From an uncultured candidate division Zixibacteria bacterium (GTDB lineage Bacteria; Zixibacteria; MSB-5A5; GN15; FEB-12): 64,000 nt of DNA. The stretch is from the NCBI GenBank assembly GCA_963664195.1, contig OY760907.1:128001-192000 (forward strand), read 5' to 3'. Shown here piece after piece: positions 50,570 through 60,886 of the stretch. A program made the position numbers and the translations under genes. Every line of letters begins with the position of its first letter. The stretch's first letter is position 1. The notes under the pieces are model-generated. The model had not been told where the DNA came from and ran no database searches. It saw only the letters and a program-made list of their open reading frames with translations.

Positions 50570-50680
50570 GGTTCACTCCTGACGCTGGAAAGCTTCATCG
50601 CTGATACAGGAGCTACTCCGCCAGAGGGAGTTTTATTCGATGAAGTCTGAAGATATCCCACAAAATCCTCGGGACCTCTC

Positions 50681-53395
50681 CTACCGGTAATAGTCTATCT
50701 CCTCCGGCTCCACAGACAGAATCACCGTGCCGGTAAAACCGCTGGACCCCGCCGTCAACTGGTAGATATCCTGGTGATCAAAATCGTCTTCGTACAGGAC
50801 GTGCAGGTAGATGGGACCGTAGGTTGACGGTTGTCCGCTGCACCCGTTGATGCCGCCATTGGCCGTCAGTTCGAGCCTTACCTCATCGCCTGGCTCATTC
50901 CAGCCCGGACAATAGGTCCCCCAGTATTCACCGCTGGCCCGGTCGAATTCCTGGACCAACTGGCCACGCCAATAGAATCTCACAGTCACACAGGAAACGT
51001 CAAACGCGCCCTGTGTTGTGGATCCCGTGATGTCCGCATCGCTTCCGTTCAGCCAGAAGCTCATCTTACTGCCAAAGTTGACGTACTCCGCGCTAGACTC
51101 CGCCAGGTCGGCCATCACAAACGCATGGACTTCAGAAAGACAGGGTTGGTCAGAGATCACCTGTACGGTCACCTGTCCGTCCGCATCGGATATTCCTGAC
51201 GAGGCACTCAGCGATCCGCACGACGCATCGAATTCGACCAGTTTGCCGGGTACGGGGTCACCCGTCGGTTCCAAGAGGTCCCCCGGCATCCAGGTTTTGA
51301 GAGTCGCGGTGACGGTCGCGTAGCTGGTGCCGTCGGGGTTGACACGCTTCGGGGACACTTCAAGGAGCACAGCGTATACAGAAATATCTATCTCAACCGG
51401 ATTCTCTCCACACCCGATAGTAGCAACCAGCCCGGTTGAACCCTGCACCACACCGTGCACATCAACAGCCCTGGCTGTAAGCAGAACAGTCTCCCCCGTT
51501 TCAAAGCCGAACATGTTGCATTCCGAGTCGTGTGCAAACATCACAGAATCCGGAGCATGTGCGCCGCCGCTGTCGACCGTGACGAGAATATTCTCGGTCC
51601 CCTCCACAACGTCGCCGGCTGAGAACACCAGCCAGCCAAAGCAAATATCTTCATCGTTGCTATCGCACAGTAGATTCAAAGAATCCGTCGAGGTTGCCAG
51701 AACCGTACCGCCGTCGTAAGCAGTAGAGGCCAGAACGGCCTTCAGGGGCATCAGGTCCTCTGCGACCAGTCCGGTCGAAGGAGTGAAGTCGCCCGCGACT
51801 GAATCCACTGTCTCATCGTCGTATCTCAGTATGTACTCGATATTGTCTACCGTACCGTCGACTTCCTGGGGATAGTCAGTTACCGTTACCAGGAGATCAG
51901 CATCGCAGGTCGCCACATCAATGCTGTTCACACCGCTCCGGATCCCTTCTGTCACGCTACCGGCGCCGAGAGTGTTGTTTGATCCGTCTCGAGCGACGAT
52001 CCTCACGGTTGCCTCACCCGGAACGAGCCCGTCCACGTCGACCGTCTCCCCCGGAGTGAGCGAGCGAGTTGTCACCTGATCCGTGCATTCGTCGTGCGTG
52101 ATCGTCACGTCAATCCGGGAAGTACCGACTGGGAAGTCATCCACGGCCGCAGCTACCGTTCCCCATCCGGGCAGATAGAAGTCACCGTCGATATTGGCGG
52201 CTCTGTAGATGGCGTTTCCGCCGTGACTGTCAACCCACGTCCCTCCGCCGTCATCGATCAGTTTTGCCACAGCCTCTACATCGTTCCTTGTCTCCGCGGC
52301 AATCATATTGTCAATGAAGTTCACGAAATAGAGTTCACCATGATAGAAATTGGTCTTCCCGTCCCAGGCCATGATGCTGCCGACGTCCTGAGAGGCGGCA
52401 AGGTCATCGGTGATCTGCCAGGAGTTGCAGGAAGTCACGGAGACCATGGCGCCACTGGCTATCTGAAGCTGCTCGCAAAAGAGGTCCTCGCGTATCCACA
52501 CTTCCCGAACCATGCTGGAGTCCGCAGGTCTCAAACAGTAAGCCGAGATAAGGCGATGCTCCTGCCGGTACCATCTCTTGTAATCCTCCCAGCGCTCTTC
52601 AGTCACGTAAGGAGCATATCCCGTTTCGTACTTGCCGCCCCGGAAGCACTGCATATGATAGTGTTCGATACCGTCATTCCCAATCCACACTCCCCCGTGA
52701 CCTGCATACAGCGCGAGTCCGTATTGCTGTGCAGAAAGCAGGCTGTCAGGGAGGAAGCTCTTGTCGTCAAAGGAGAGTCTCGCCCGAATATCGACTTCGT
52801 CGTCACCCCAACCCATCTGCACCAATGATTCCTTGGTCCAGTCTATCATGCGATTGAACTCAGGATTAGTCCCTCCAGCCATATTCACGATCAGGACCTT
52901 GTGCGACTCCGGCATAACGAGATTCCCGCAGTCTATCGCCCGGCTCAAACCGCCAGCCAGCTGTCTTGACCGTTCGCCCAACACCTCGCCGGTGAGCTTC
53001 GGGGGAGGGACTGATCCTGTGTCCTGGGCAAAAACTTCATCAGTGATAAGTAGTGCCGTCGCGCCGTCTTCAAAGTCGATACTGACAGTCGTGCTGTCGG
53101 ATCCCAGCACCGCACGCTTGATCTCGCCCACCGCCAAGGTCAATGTGTCCACAAGCGCCTGGCGTGCCGCGATAGGATCGAGCGCATCGAGCAATCCAAG
53201 ATACATTGCACACGCCGTATCCATGGCGGCCGCGTCTTCATCCGGCAGAGCAATGGCATCCGCAGGCCAATTCGGACCGGTGGGAGTCGTCGGTTCGGTT
53301 GGTTTGTCTGAATCATCGCTGCCGCAACTGAAAAGCCCGACTCCTGCGAAGACGAGAAGGGTTGAGACAAGTACCGGTATCAGGGCGCGTTTCAT
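50681..53395 (-). CDS. Large lipoprotein with repeated Ig-like domains (Big_1-like near the C-terminus)
   Basis: GLFSC lipobox; PDGTSYATVTATL..G.PVPG..V.F..SDADGQVTV; function unknown. Confidence 0.8.
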   Translation of the reverse strand: MKRALIPVLVSTLLVFAGVGLFSCGSDDSDKPTEPTTPTGPNWPADAIALPDEDAAAMDTACAMYLGLLDALDPIAARQALVDTLTLAVGEIKRAVLGSDSTTVSIDFEDGATALLITDEVFAQDTGSVPPPKLTGEVLGERSRQLAGGLSRAIDCGNLVMPESHKVLIVNMAGGTNPEFNRMIDWTKESLVQMGWGDDEVDIRARLSFDDKSFLPDSLLSAQQYGLALYAGHGGVWIGNDGIEHYHMQCFRGGKYETGYAPYVTEERWEDYKRWYRQEHRLISAYCLRPADSSMVREVWIREDLFCEQLQIASGAMVSVTSCNSWQITDDLAASQDVGSIMAWDGKTNFYHGELYFVNFIDNMIAAETRNDVEAVAKLIDDGGGTWVDSHGGNAIYRAANIDGDFYLPGWGTVAAAVDDFPVGTSRIDVTITHDECTDQVTTRSLTPGETVDVDGLVPGEATVRIVARDGSNNTLGAGSVTEGIRSGVNSIDVATCDADLLVTVTDYPQEVDGTVDNIEYILRYDDETVDSVAGDFTPSTGLVAEDLMPLKAVLASTAYDGGTVLATSTDSLNLLCDSNDEDICFGWLVFSAGDVVEGTENILVTVDSGGAHAPDSVMFAHDSECNMFGFETGETVLLTARAVDVHGVVQGSTGLVATIGCGENPVEIDISVYAVLLEVSPKRVNPDGTSYATVTATLKTWMPGDLLEPTGDPVPGKLVEFDASCGSLSASSGISDADGQVTVQVISDQPCLSEVHAFVMADLAESSAEYVNFGSKMSFWLNGSDADITGSTTQGAFDVSCVTVRFYWRGQLVQEFDRASGEYWGTYCPGWNEPGDEVRLELTANGGINGCSGQPSTYGPIYLHVLYEDDFDHQDIYQLTAGSSGFTGTVILSVEPEEIDYYR

Positions 53396-53612
53396 GCGTA
53401 ACCTCTGGTTCTTTATTGTGATCTATTACCACTGCTCCGGGAAGTGGTACAAGGGCCTGGATCAAGTGATTCTAGTGAAGTTTCCGGCGAAAGTCAAGAG
53501 AGCGGCATTATAGTGGACACGCGTCACTGGCATAAGATTCGCGTCAGTTGACGTCTGGTTCCACACAGTGCATGGTAACGGCGAGAAGGAAGTCACCCCG
53601 TGCGGCAGATCA

Positions 53613-53795
53613 TTACTGCTTGAGATCGTACTTGTCTTTCAGCTCTGATTTCCGTTCATCGTCAAGAGACCCGACATAACCGCGCCATCCGGGACACCAG
53701 TTTATGTGCCACCGCCAGAGTCGGCCCATGATGGACCCGGGGCTTTTGTCGTACGCCGCCCGGAGCTTGCAATGCTCGCAATTGTGTTCTGCCAT
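53613..53795 (-). CDS. Small Cys/Trp-rich hypothetical protein (60 aa)
   Basis: CEHC..LWRWHINWCPGW pattern of a recurring small-protein family. Confidence 0.7.
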   Translation of the reverse strand: MAEHNCEHCKLRAAYDKSPGSIMGRLWRWHINWCPGWRGYVGSLDDERKSELKDKYDLKQ

Positions 53796-53977
53796 TGTTA
53801 CTGTCTCGCTTTCCAGATTGCTTCGGAGGGCCTGGTGGGGACCCCCCCGCTATCGTAAAACCCTGCGGACGCCAAAAAAAACAGGTTTTTCTCAAAAAAC
53901 AACGAATCAATTAGCCCCTCCCGCTATCTAAGGAGAAATAACACTGCGTGGGCTTTTTGCCCAGGAGAGAAAGTACG

Positions 53978-54460
53978 ATGAAAAATCTCGTAATTAGTCT
54001 GCTAGTCGGTTTGTTAGTCGGCTCCCTTGTGACCGGCGTGGTCATTTGGAAGATTATGCCGGGGATGATGCTTGAGGTGAAAGAGAGCAATTATCCTCTC
54101 GAAGAGACAGTCTCCCGTATTGAACAGGTCGCAAAGGATAGCAACTGGCAGGTTCCGAAGATATACAATCTCCAGAACAGTCTTCACGAGGCGGGCTACG
54201 ACGACTTCGGCTCTCTCAGAGTATTATCAATGTGCCAGGCTGACCATGCCTATAAGATACTGACGGATGACAACAACAAGAAAGTATCGTCTATGATGCC
54301 TTGCCGGATCGGAGTGTACGAGGATTCGGACGGAAAAGTTTTCATATCGAGAATGAACATCGGCTTGATGAGCAAGATGTTCGGAGGAACCATCGAAACG
54401 GTGATGGGGAAAGTAGCTGCCGAGGAAGACCGGATGCTGGAGGGGATAATCAAGCAGTAG
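53978..54460 (+). CDS. DUF302 domain protein with N-terminal membrane anchor
   Basis: LSMC..A..IL..MMPCRIGVYE; AGGAGA RBS. Confidence 0.88.
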   Translation: MKNLVISLLVGLLVGSLVTGVVIWKIMPGMMLEVKESNYPLEETVSRIEQVAKDSNWQVPKIYNLQNSLHEAGYDDFGSLRVLSMCQADHAYKILTDDNNKKVSSMMPCRIGVYEDSDGKVFISRMNIGLMSKMFGGTIETVMGKVAAEEDRMLEGIIKQ

Positions 54461-54472
54461 AGAGCGCGTACC

Positions 54473-54525
54473 GTGGGCGGCAGACGCCCTCGTCTGCCCC
54501 TGTTCCGTGGGCGTCTGCCGCCCAC
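54473..54525. repeat. REP/REPIN-like inverted pair, family A
   Basis: GTGGGCGGCAGACGCCC ... GGGCGTCTGCCGCCCAC. Confidence 0.75.
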
Positions 54526-55104
54526 AAAATCGCTTCGCCAGCATCTCCACCAAAATAGTGGTATCGGTGCAGAATCCGGCATCGCATTGTCGAATCTACT
54601 TCAATTCACAGAGCGTCCCCAGACAGGCCCGAATGAACCGAGAGCCACCACTCAGGCCGACCATCCGATCAAGGAGAACCGTTTTCCGACAACTCCATGA
54701 TGCGCCAGAAGGTTAGGTATCGGCCCAGAAAGGAGCTGAGAGGTAGGGATTCGCCGAGTAGTGTTTCGGGTATCTTCCTGTGGCACATAGCAATACGCGC
54801 AATAGGCTGACATGCAGAGGTTTAGTTCGATTCAGTTGCGTTAGCTTGGTTCAACATACTTCGACTTTCTTTCACTTGGTTGTTAGAAAACCGTTAGAAG
54901 ATTTGCGGTTCACTCCGTGTACGACTTGATGCAGAACCCCACTTCTCCAACCTTGTCATTCGTTTCCGAGTGCAGTGGTCGGACTCAAGGCAATACCAGT
55001 AGGCGTCGGTTGAAACCGGTTGTCACTCAGAGTCCCGACCGTCCATGATTACTACACTCGCAATCATGGTGCTACTAGTCCGTCACAGACTATGTCACCG
55101 CCCC

Positions 55105-55127
55105 CCGGGGCAAGCCCGCGGGTCACC
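55105..55127. repeat. REP-like palindrome, family B
   Basis: CCGGGGCAAGCCCGCGGGTCACC, similar to 60421-60444. Confidence 0.55.
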
Positions 55128-55218
55128 TGGCCGCCTATGCCCCTGAGAAACTGGGTGCGATTGCCGAGACACGCTGAAGGCATTCAAGGGGCACGCCAGA
55201 CGGATAGGCTAGCCCCCG

Positions 55219-55620
55219 TCACTTGGCGTGCCCTATCCCCAATACCTTTCCGTCTCTCTTCTGGATTTCGATGTAGGGAACACCACCAAGTGTGTTGGGT
55301 GACAAGCTGCCAGCTACGACCCAAAGCGAGTCCCCGAGTAACTCAGCTCTGAAAGGCTTCTTTTTGCATATCGACTTGCCATACAATGGCAGCCAAATGG
55401 CCTCGGCTATCTGTACGGCGGTAGTCTCATCAGGGACACAACCCTTCGCCGGCAAGAAGAGACTACCGGGCCTATGCTCATGGGGCGAGAGCTCCGGCAC
55501 CGCAGATGGTTCCTTGGCACATGTTACAGCGCCGGCAAGCAGAATCAGACAGATACCAAGCAGTGAAACAATCCTTCTCGCATGGGATGAAACTGACTTC
55601 ATAGTCACAAACCTCATCAT
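55219..55620 (-). CDS. YbbC/YhhH-like NTF2-fold immunity protein
   Basis: VPDETTAVQIAEAIWLPLYG..KPF....W.V.GSL..GGVP.IEI.K.DGKV...H.K. Confidence 0.85.
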   Translation of the reverse strand: MMRFVTMKSVSSHARRIVSLLGICLILLAGAVTCAKEPSAVPELSPHEHRPGSLFLPAKGCVPDETTAVQIAEAIWLPLYGKSICKKKPFRAELLGDSLWVVAGSLSPNTLGGVPYIEIQKRDGKVLGIGHAK

Positions 55621-55656
55621 CTAGAATAAGTTGAATACCCAATCTACTAGCATTCC

Positions 55657-55932
55657 GTGGGCGGCAGACGCCCTCGTCTGCCCCTTTGCCAGCCGCATCG
55701 CCCCCCGGGTTTCTAGTGGTCGCTTGATTGTCACACATCCCTCCCGAATCATCGAGTGAATCTGATTGGTCTAAGATCGCCTTCAAAATACACAATTGCG
55801 GGTGATTGTCAATCGGGAAACGAATCCGCCAGGGGGGGAACCCTGGTGGTCACAAAAGGGAGAATGCGGTTATCCCCCACCCGAGGCACGGGTTGGCCAC
55901 CGGAGCTGTTTCCGTGGGCGTCTGCCGCCCAC
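55657..55932. repeat. REP/REPIN-like element, family A, with about 220-bp spacer
   Basis: Left arm 55657-55685 and right arm 55910-55932 match the arms at 54473-54525. Confidence 0.7.
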
Positions 55933-56042
55933 AAAAATGCCTACTGCATCCATCAGAACCTCCCCCCTCCGAGTCCTAGATGTCAATACCTCTCTACATC
56001 CACTGTAGTCTGTAAGCGGCCGCGTAGTCCGTTGAACGGGGT

Positions 56043-56543
56043 TCACTCGTAATCGGGATACACGAACCCGTACTTGCCCGTTTGCATGCGATGCACAATA
56101 TCAGGAGGAGAGACTACTACACCTATCTCGGAGTTTCGGTTCTCACCCTTTAGCTCACCGACGTGATGGAATTCCTCGTTGACGGACCAGACGTACCAGT
56201 TGGATGACACTCTCACGGGGGCCTCACCCTCCTTGTGTCCACAGTCGTCAGTGTCTCTGAACAGTACGGAGGGATCACCGGTTTCGTCTACATGACCGAC
56301 CTTCTCCCAGAGGCCCATCTTAAGTCCCCATTGCACAATAACGTGAGCAAAGAAATCCACGTCGTCAGCCACGATCTCGGCCAAGTCAGGCATGACGTCC
56401 AACGGATAAGCCTTCTTGAAGGCTCGGATAACAGGACTATCCAGTTGGCTTCGGTCGATTTCGACATACTGAAAGCACTTCTTGATGTTGTCGTCTAACC
56501 GAACAGCGAACACATCACCTATCTTGACTCTGACTCGTTTCAT
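56043..56543 (-). CDS. Imm26-like immunity protein
   Basis: R..KIGDVFAVRL....FQY..D..QL.S.VIRAF..WEKVG; ATGA overlap with the upstream toxin fragment. Confidence 0.75.
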   Translation of the reverse strand: MKRVRVKIGDVFAVRLDDNIKKCFQYVEIDRSQLDSPVIRAFKKAYPLDVMPDLAEIVADDVDFFAHVIVQWGLKMGLWEKVGHVDETGDPSVLFRDTDDCGHKEGEAPVRVSSNWYVWSVNEEFHHVGELKGENRNSEIGVVVSPPDIVHRMQTGKYGFVYPDYE

Positions 56544-56680
56544 TGCAGTGGTATCCCGAATTGATGCCATTTGTCTGGCGCTATCGAATTTATCTTGTTC
56601 AGCAACTGTCCACCATGTCGTCCAAGACCGTATTGGTTGATTAGCATCTGCTCCATCACCCGGGCCTGAACCAGTGTCAA
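56540..56680 (-). pseudogene. Orphan C-terminal fragment of a polymorphic toxin
   Basis: ARVMEQMLINQYGL..GGQLLNKINSIAP..W resembles an RHS toxin tip; its stop is coupled to the Imm26 start. Confidence 0.6.
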
Positions 56681-56693
56681 GGAAGAAGCGGTT

Positions 56694-57602
56694 TCAACCG
56701 AACCGTTTATGGCTTCTATCACTTCCCCAGTCATCTACACCATGAAGTAGAGCATGCTCTATTGCTCCCCTGAATGATCTCCCGACCGGCACCGGTATGT
56801 GAGCTTCATTGTCGATGTAGTGTAGTTCTTCGCCCCCGTTCCTTATCATGCACAAAACCCCTCTTCCCTGCACGTCTGCCAGCTTGACAACATACTCAGT
56901 TGGCGTAATGTACGACCAGATGTTGGACAACCCCAGTATTCTGACCCCACCTGACAACACAACCTGCTCGAATTGCGCTACAGTATCTAGGTAGTCTTGT
57001 GGAAATGGTAAGTCATGGAAATCCGCCAATCGATCTCGCTCGTTGCGCGGCAAAGAGCAAGATACATATGTGGCTTGGAAGTCGTTCGCCCAAGCCTTCA
57101 GCCAATCCGGCAAGACACTCGCATCATGAACTTGCGAGCTTGGGAACGGATCAACTTCGTTAGGATTGAAAAGCAACTTCGGTCTGCCCTGGACAGCTAG
57201 TTTCTGCCACTTGGGCTTCTTCTCGCCGAAGACGCTCTGAGGTCGTCTGTCGTAGAGAATCTCGCGAATCATACCTTCGCCTATTGCTATTTCTGCACGC
57301 AGATGCCTATCACCCTCTCGCTGCGATTCGGAGAGTGTCAGAGAGGCAATTGGCCTCGTTGGCCCACGATACCGAAAAAGCATCGACTGCTCCTGCAAGT
57401 TAGACCTCGAGTGTGAGAATCCAACCCACTGGTTGCCGAACAGATGTCTGCATCGCGAACCGTGATTTGCCTGGAACTGAAGTATGTTGCCTTGTTCTTC
57501 TGGGAGGCTCTCTGCTACAATATTCAGGACCAACTCGTCCAGGTCGTAGCACCGGTACGCTCCGAGCATCTTCAGAATCCCAGTAATGAATGAGTTCTCC
57601 AT
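56694..57602 (-). CDS. Probable immunity protein with C-terminal SMI1/KNR4 (SUKH)-like domain
   Basis: LPFPQDYL..V......GVRILGL; directly follows the RHS toxin stop. Confidence 0.65.
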   Translation of the reverse strand: MENSFITGILKMLGAYRCYDLDELVLNIVAESLPEEQGNILQFQANHGSRCRHLFGNQWVGFSHSRSNLQEQSMLFRYRGPTRPIASLTLSESQREGDRHLRAEIAIGEGMIREILYDRRPQSVFGEKKPKWQKLAVQGRPKLLFNPNEVDPFPSSQVHDASVLPDWLKAWANDFQATYVSCSLPRNERDRLADFHDLPFPQDYLDTVAQFEQVVLSGGVRILGLSNIWSYITPTEYVVKLADVQGRGVLCMIRNGGEELHYIDNEAHIPVPVGRSFRGAIEHALLHGVDDWGSDRSHKRFG

Positions 57603-57616
57603 TGACAGACTTTTCT

Positions 57617-58330
57617 CTAGTACCGATTGAGGTGAATCCCCGTCAGCCCCCAACCTAGGCCGAGAAGACCGCCCTTAATGGGAAGGGGGAGCCTATCGAT
57701 TGGAGCCACCGCACGCCAGAGGGAATTCGGGTTCCGTGGCAAGCCCTTGAGCAACCTCCAATAGTCGTGCCGCCAGTGGCGGAAGGGAGACACGTAATTG
57801 CCTCTCCAGATGCTTGGCTTATTGAACCACTCAAGTGCAGTGTTCTTCAGCCATCGTTGTGGAATCCAGTGCGAGAACTCCAATCCGGACCATGACCTCA
57901 GTTTTAGGTATCTTGTTGCCCTAGCCAGCGAGATCCGCATTCCGCCTCCGACTCCTGTCAGAGTGCTCGCTACGACGCCTCCCCATTCACCGGCTCTATA
58001 AGCGTACGAGCATTCATCAGTATAGTAGTCGCCACCATACCAATCAGTACCTCTTATCATTTTCGTGGTGCCAAGTGAAACGACATCCCCAAGACCTATC
58101 CAAAAGTGCGCTGCATCATGCCCAAACTCGCTCCAAGAGTATAACCCCAACAGGTCTCTTCTCATTATCGGATTCTGCCCCGCATAACTATAGAGATTTA
58201 TACCACCGGCAATCCCAATCGGATCCGGCGTCAAGTATCTGCCAAGATCAGGTCGGTAGTGCCGGTACATGTTGTAGTGATAGTCGACTCCCCTGTCATG
58301 GTTTTGACCTGGGAAGCGATGATTATTCTC
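57617..58330 (-). pseudogene. 5'-truncated RHS protein: core C-terminus plus putative HNH-like nuclease toxin
   Basis: NNHRFPGQ..YHYNMYRHY.P.LGRYLTPDPIG..GG.NLY.Y..NP....D.LGL, then EFSHWIP..GNYV..HWRHD; no RHS repeats upstream. Confidence 0.85.
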
Positions 58331-58334
58331 CTCA

Positions 58335-58997
58335 GAAATCGTCTCGATCGATCTCGAAGCCGATATGATGTCGGTTGCCCACGTCGGCGACAGTCGCGCC
58401 TACAAGCTTGAAGAGAAAGAGCTTCGCCCGCTCACCCGCGATCACTCGTGGGTAGCCGAGACACAGGAGAGCCAGAACCTGTCCCAAGAAGAGGCCAGCT
58501 CCGTGGTAGGCAAAAACGTCATCACGCGGGCGCTCGGAGTCAGGGAAAACGTCGAGGTTGACTGCCGCGTGATACACGTCGCTCCGGGTGATGTCTTCAT
58601 CCTTTGCTCCGACGGTCTCTGCGGGTTCGCCGATGACGACGAGATATTCGACGTCGCCTCCAAATCGCGCAACAACCTCAAACAGATGAGCGACGATCGG
58701 GTCCAGATGGCCAACGACCGGGGCGGCTCGGACAACGCGACTGTTCTAGCGGTTGCCGTCGCCGAGGTCGAGAGTACGCCGCTGCCGGAGATTGAGGTTT
58801 TCACCCAGGAAACCGAGTCCGAAAAGACGCTGAAAGCGCAGGACGGCTGGCTAAGCAAGATGGCGGAATACGATGCCGTAGAAAGGCCGGAATCAGGAAG
58901 CAAACCTGAGTCCGGCGGCAATACCATGCTCCTGATCGGCATCTTTGTAATCTTCATCATCGTGGCGGTTCTCATCGTCTGGTGCCAGATGGACTAG
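58335..58997 (+). pseudogene. 5'-truncated PP2C-type (Stp1) Ser/Thr phosphatase with C-terminal TM helix
   Basis: AHVGDSRAY, LTRDHS, ITRALG, LCSDGL, GGSDNAT present; N-terminal DG/GTT motifs absent. Confidence 0.85.
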
Positions 58998-59060
58998 TCC
59001 GAGCAGCCGCACTTCCTGTCTGATTTCTGCCCTCAAACACGCAAACCCGTATCAAAACTA

Positions 59061-59090
59061 TTGACAAAAGCGCACTTGCTGTCGTACTAT
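59061..59090 (+). promoter_or_regulatory. sigma70 promoter of tRNA-Arg
   Basis: TTGACA, 18 nt, TACTAT. Confidence 0.7.
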
Positions 59091-59114
59091 TGGGGCCTGT
59101 AACATATTGTTAAT

Positions 59115-59188
<74 letters not shown>

Positions 59189-59275
59189 TTTTTTTATTGT
59201 CTTGCAATGAGTTACCTAGTTTTCCAGCTCCACCGAAGCAGTGCAAACACCTTCTGATCTCAAGGAGACTGGAAA

Positions 59276-59990
59276 ATGCCTGATCTCCCTCATGTTCAGC
59301 GCTTGTACGATTTTGTCGACAGTATGTCTATGGGCCATAACTGGAAGGCATATATCGATGCCTTTTTGTGCGGCTGTCGAATGAAAAACCTCTCGCCCAA
59401 CACCATCAACGGCTATGCGGAAAGACTGGGCTATCTCGCCCGATTTCTCGACAACAAGGATATTGACATAGAGGACGTTGTCAGAGTCCATCTGCAGGAT
59501 TATGTCATGTCGCTGATCAACAATCCAAATGTCTCTGATTCCACGATCAACGGTCGAATCACTGTCTACAAGATATTCTTCAACTGTCTTGAAGACGAGG
59601 AACTTCGGACTAAACCGAATCCTGCCAGAAAGCTCAGGAAGATCAAGGCCCAGAAAGTAATCAAAGAGACGCTAACTCCAGAGCAAATCTCGGCTGCGGC
59701 TGCAACGGCCAATAAGAGGACTTTCATCGGCTACCGGAACTACTGCATGCTAATGCTCTTTGTTGACACAATGATCCGGCGCAATGAACTACTCACTCTC
59801 ACCATTGAAAACGTTGACCTCAAACATGGGTTGATTAAGGTGCTCGGAAAGGGCAACAGAGAGCGCTTCGTGGCCGTGGGGGCTGAAACACAGAAGATCA
59901 TGCACTTCTTCTTCCAACGCTGGCAGAAGGGACTGCCGGGTGATCGAGTATTCTGTACGCAACAAGGTCGACCTCTTGATAAGGACAATT
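59276..59990 (+). pseudogene. Tyrosine recombinase/integrase truncated by an IS3 remnant
   Basis: LSPNTINGY SAM-like N-domain, DTMIRRNEL (catalytic R), GKGNRER (K); HxxR and catalytic Y missing. Confidence 0.85.
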
Positions 59991-60145
59991 TGAGGTTCCC
60001 CCGAATTAGTGGACACATGAAGAAGCCATGGCATATTGGTTTCAGGAGGCGTTCAGATGGCGAACGATGGAACTCGACGACAATACGATCGGGAGTTTAA
60101 GCAGGAAGCGGTGCGGCTGAGTCATGAGTCTCACCGTAGCGAGTC
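59991..60145 (+). mobile_element. IS3-family left end with truncated orfA
   Basis: TGAGGTTCCCCCGAATTAGTGGACAC IRL-like end; AGGAGG RBS; ATG 60057 MANDGTRRQYDREFKQEAVRL (HTH_Tnp_1-like). Confidence 0.8.
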
Positions 60146-60218
60146 GGGCCGAAGGAAATCAGAAGGTGGCTCGAATAATGAAGAATCGACTTTGTCTATG
60201 AACCTGCGGCAAATGGCC

Positions 60219-60444
60219 GGGTGGCCCGAGGCTTGCCTCGGGTTTCTAGAGGTCGTACCCGTCGATTCCCAACTCCACATCTTCGTTTTCGTGATACTAG
60301 TTATGACTCGACCAACGCCAATCTCCCGGACTTGTGGCGAGGACTATGCGTCGGAGTTTCGGCATGGGGACAATGTAGTATGGACATGACGGTACATCAA
60401 CAACAAAGTCTTCGAGAGACCCGGGGCAAGCCCACGGGCCACCC
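60219..60444. repeat. REP-like inverted pair, family B
   Basis: GGGTGGCCCGAGGCTTGCCTCGGG (60219-60242) and CCGGGGCAAGCCCACGGGCCACCC (60421-60444). Confidence 0.6.
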
Positions 60445-60621
60445 AGAACGAAAGTTGCCAGCTACCTTGGGCCACCCGGCCGAGCTCAAACCCTAAGCGG
60501 CCGTCAATTAAGGACAGGTCCGGACCGGGCCGTCAGATAACAGAATAGTCCGAGGACATGGGTAACAGTATACTGACCGTATGCGCGAATCGGGGAGGGC
60601 CGCCACCAGACACATAAAAAG

Positions 60622-60711
60622 CGGAGAGGCAGGGATTCGAACCCTGGATAGAGGTTATACCCCTATAACGGATTAGCAATCCGCCGCCTTCAGCCACTCG
60701 GCCACCTCTCC
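60622..60711 (-). tRNA. tRNA-Ser(GCT)
   Basis: GGAGAGG/CCTCTCC acceptor stem; GCGGA-TT-GCT-AA-TCCGT anticodon arm; long variable arm; GTTCGAATC. Confidence 0.97.
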
Positions 60712-60811
60712 GGCTCATGAGAATTGCCAACACTTGGAGACGAACGTCCCCAAGCGGGCAGGCATAAATATATATCGATCCGGCCCGAGGGCAAGCAAAT
60801 TCTGTCAAATG

Positions 60812-60840
60812 AAAAACCCGGCAGGAGAACTCCCGCCGGG
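60812..60840 (-). terminator. Intrinsic terminator after fapA
   Basis: CCCGGCGGGAG-TT-CTCCTGCCGGG followed by TTTTT on the minus strand. Confidence 0.75.
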
Positions 60841-60886
60841 CCAACTCAATCCCCCCCGGTAATCAGGGGACGAATCAATCGATCAC

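Noticed and set aside
53528..53542. TGGCATAAGATTCGC sigma54-like site
   Set aside because: Imperfect, and it points into the 3' end of an opposite-strand gene.
54560..55200. Possible RAYT or immunity-gene remnant between REP-like repeats
   Set aside because: Frames are stop-ridden, with no HUH or other motif seen.
59276..60100. 274-aa ORF as an intact integrase
   Set aside because: The last ~35 residues are read-through into IS3 DNA; catalytic HxxR and Tyr are missing.
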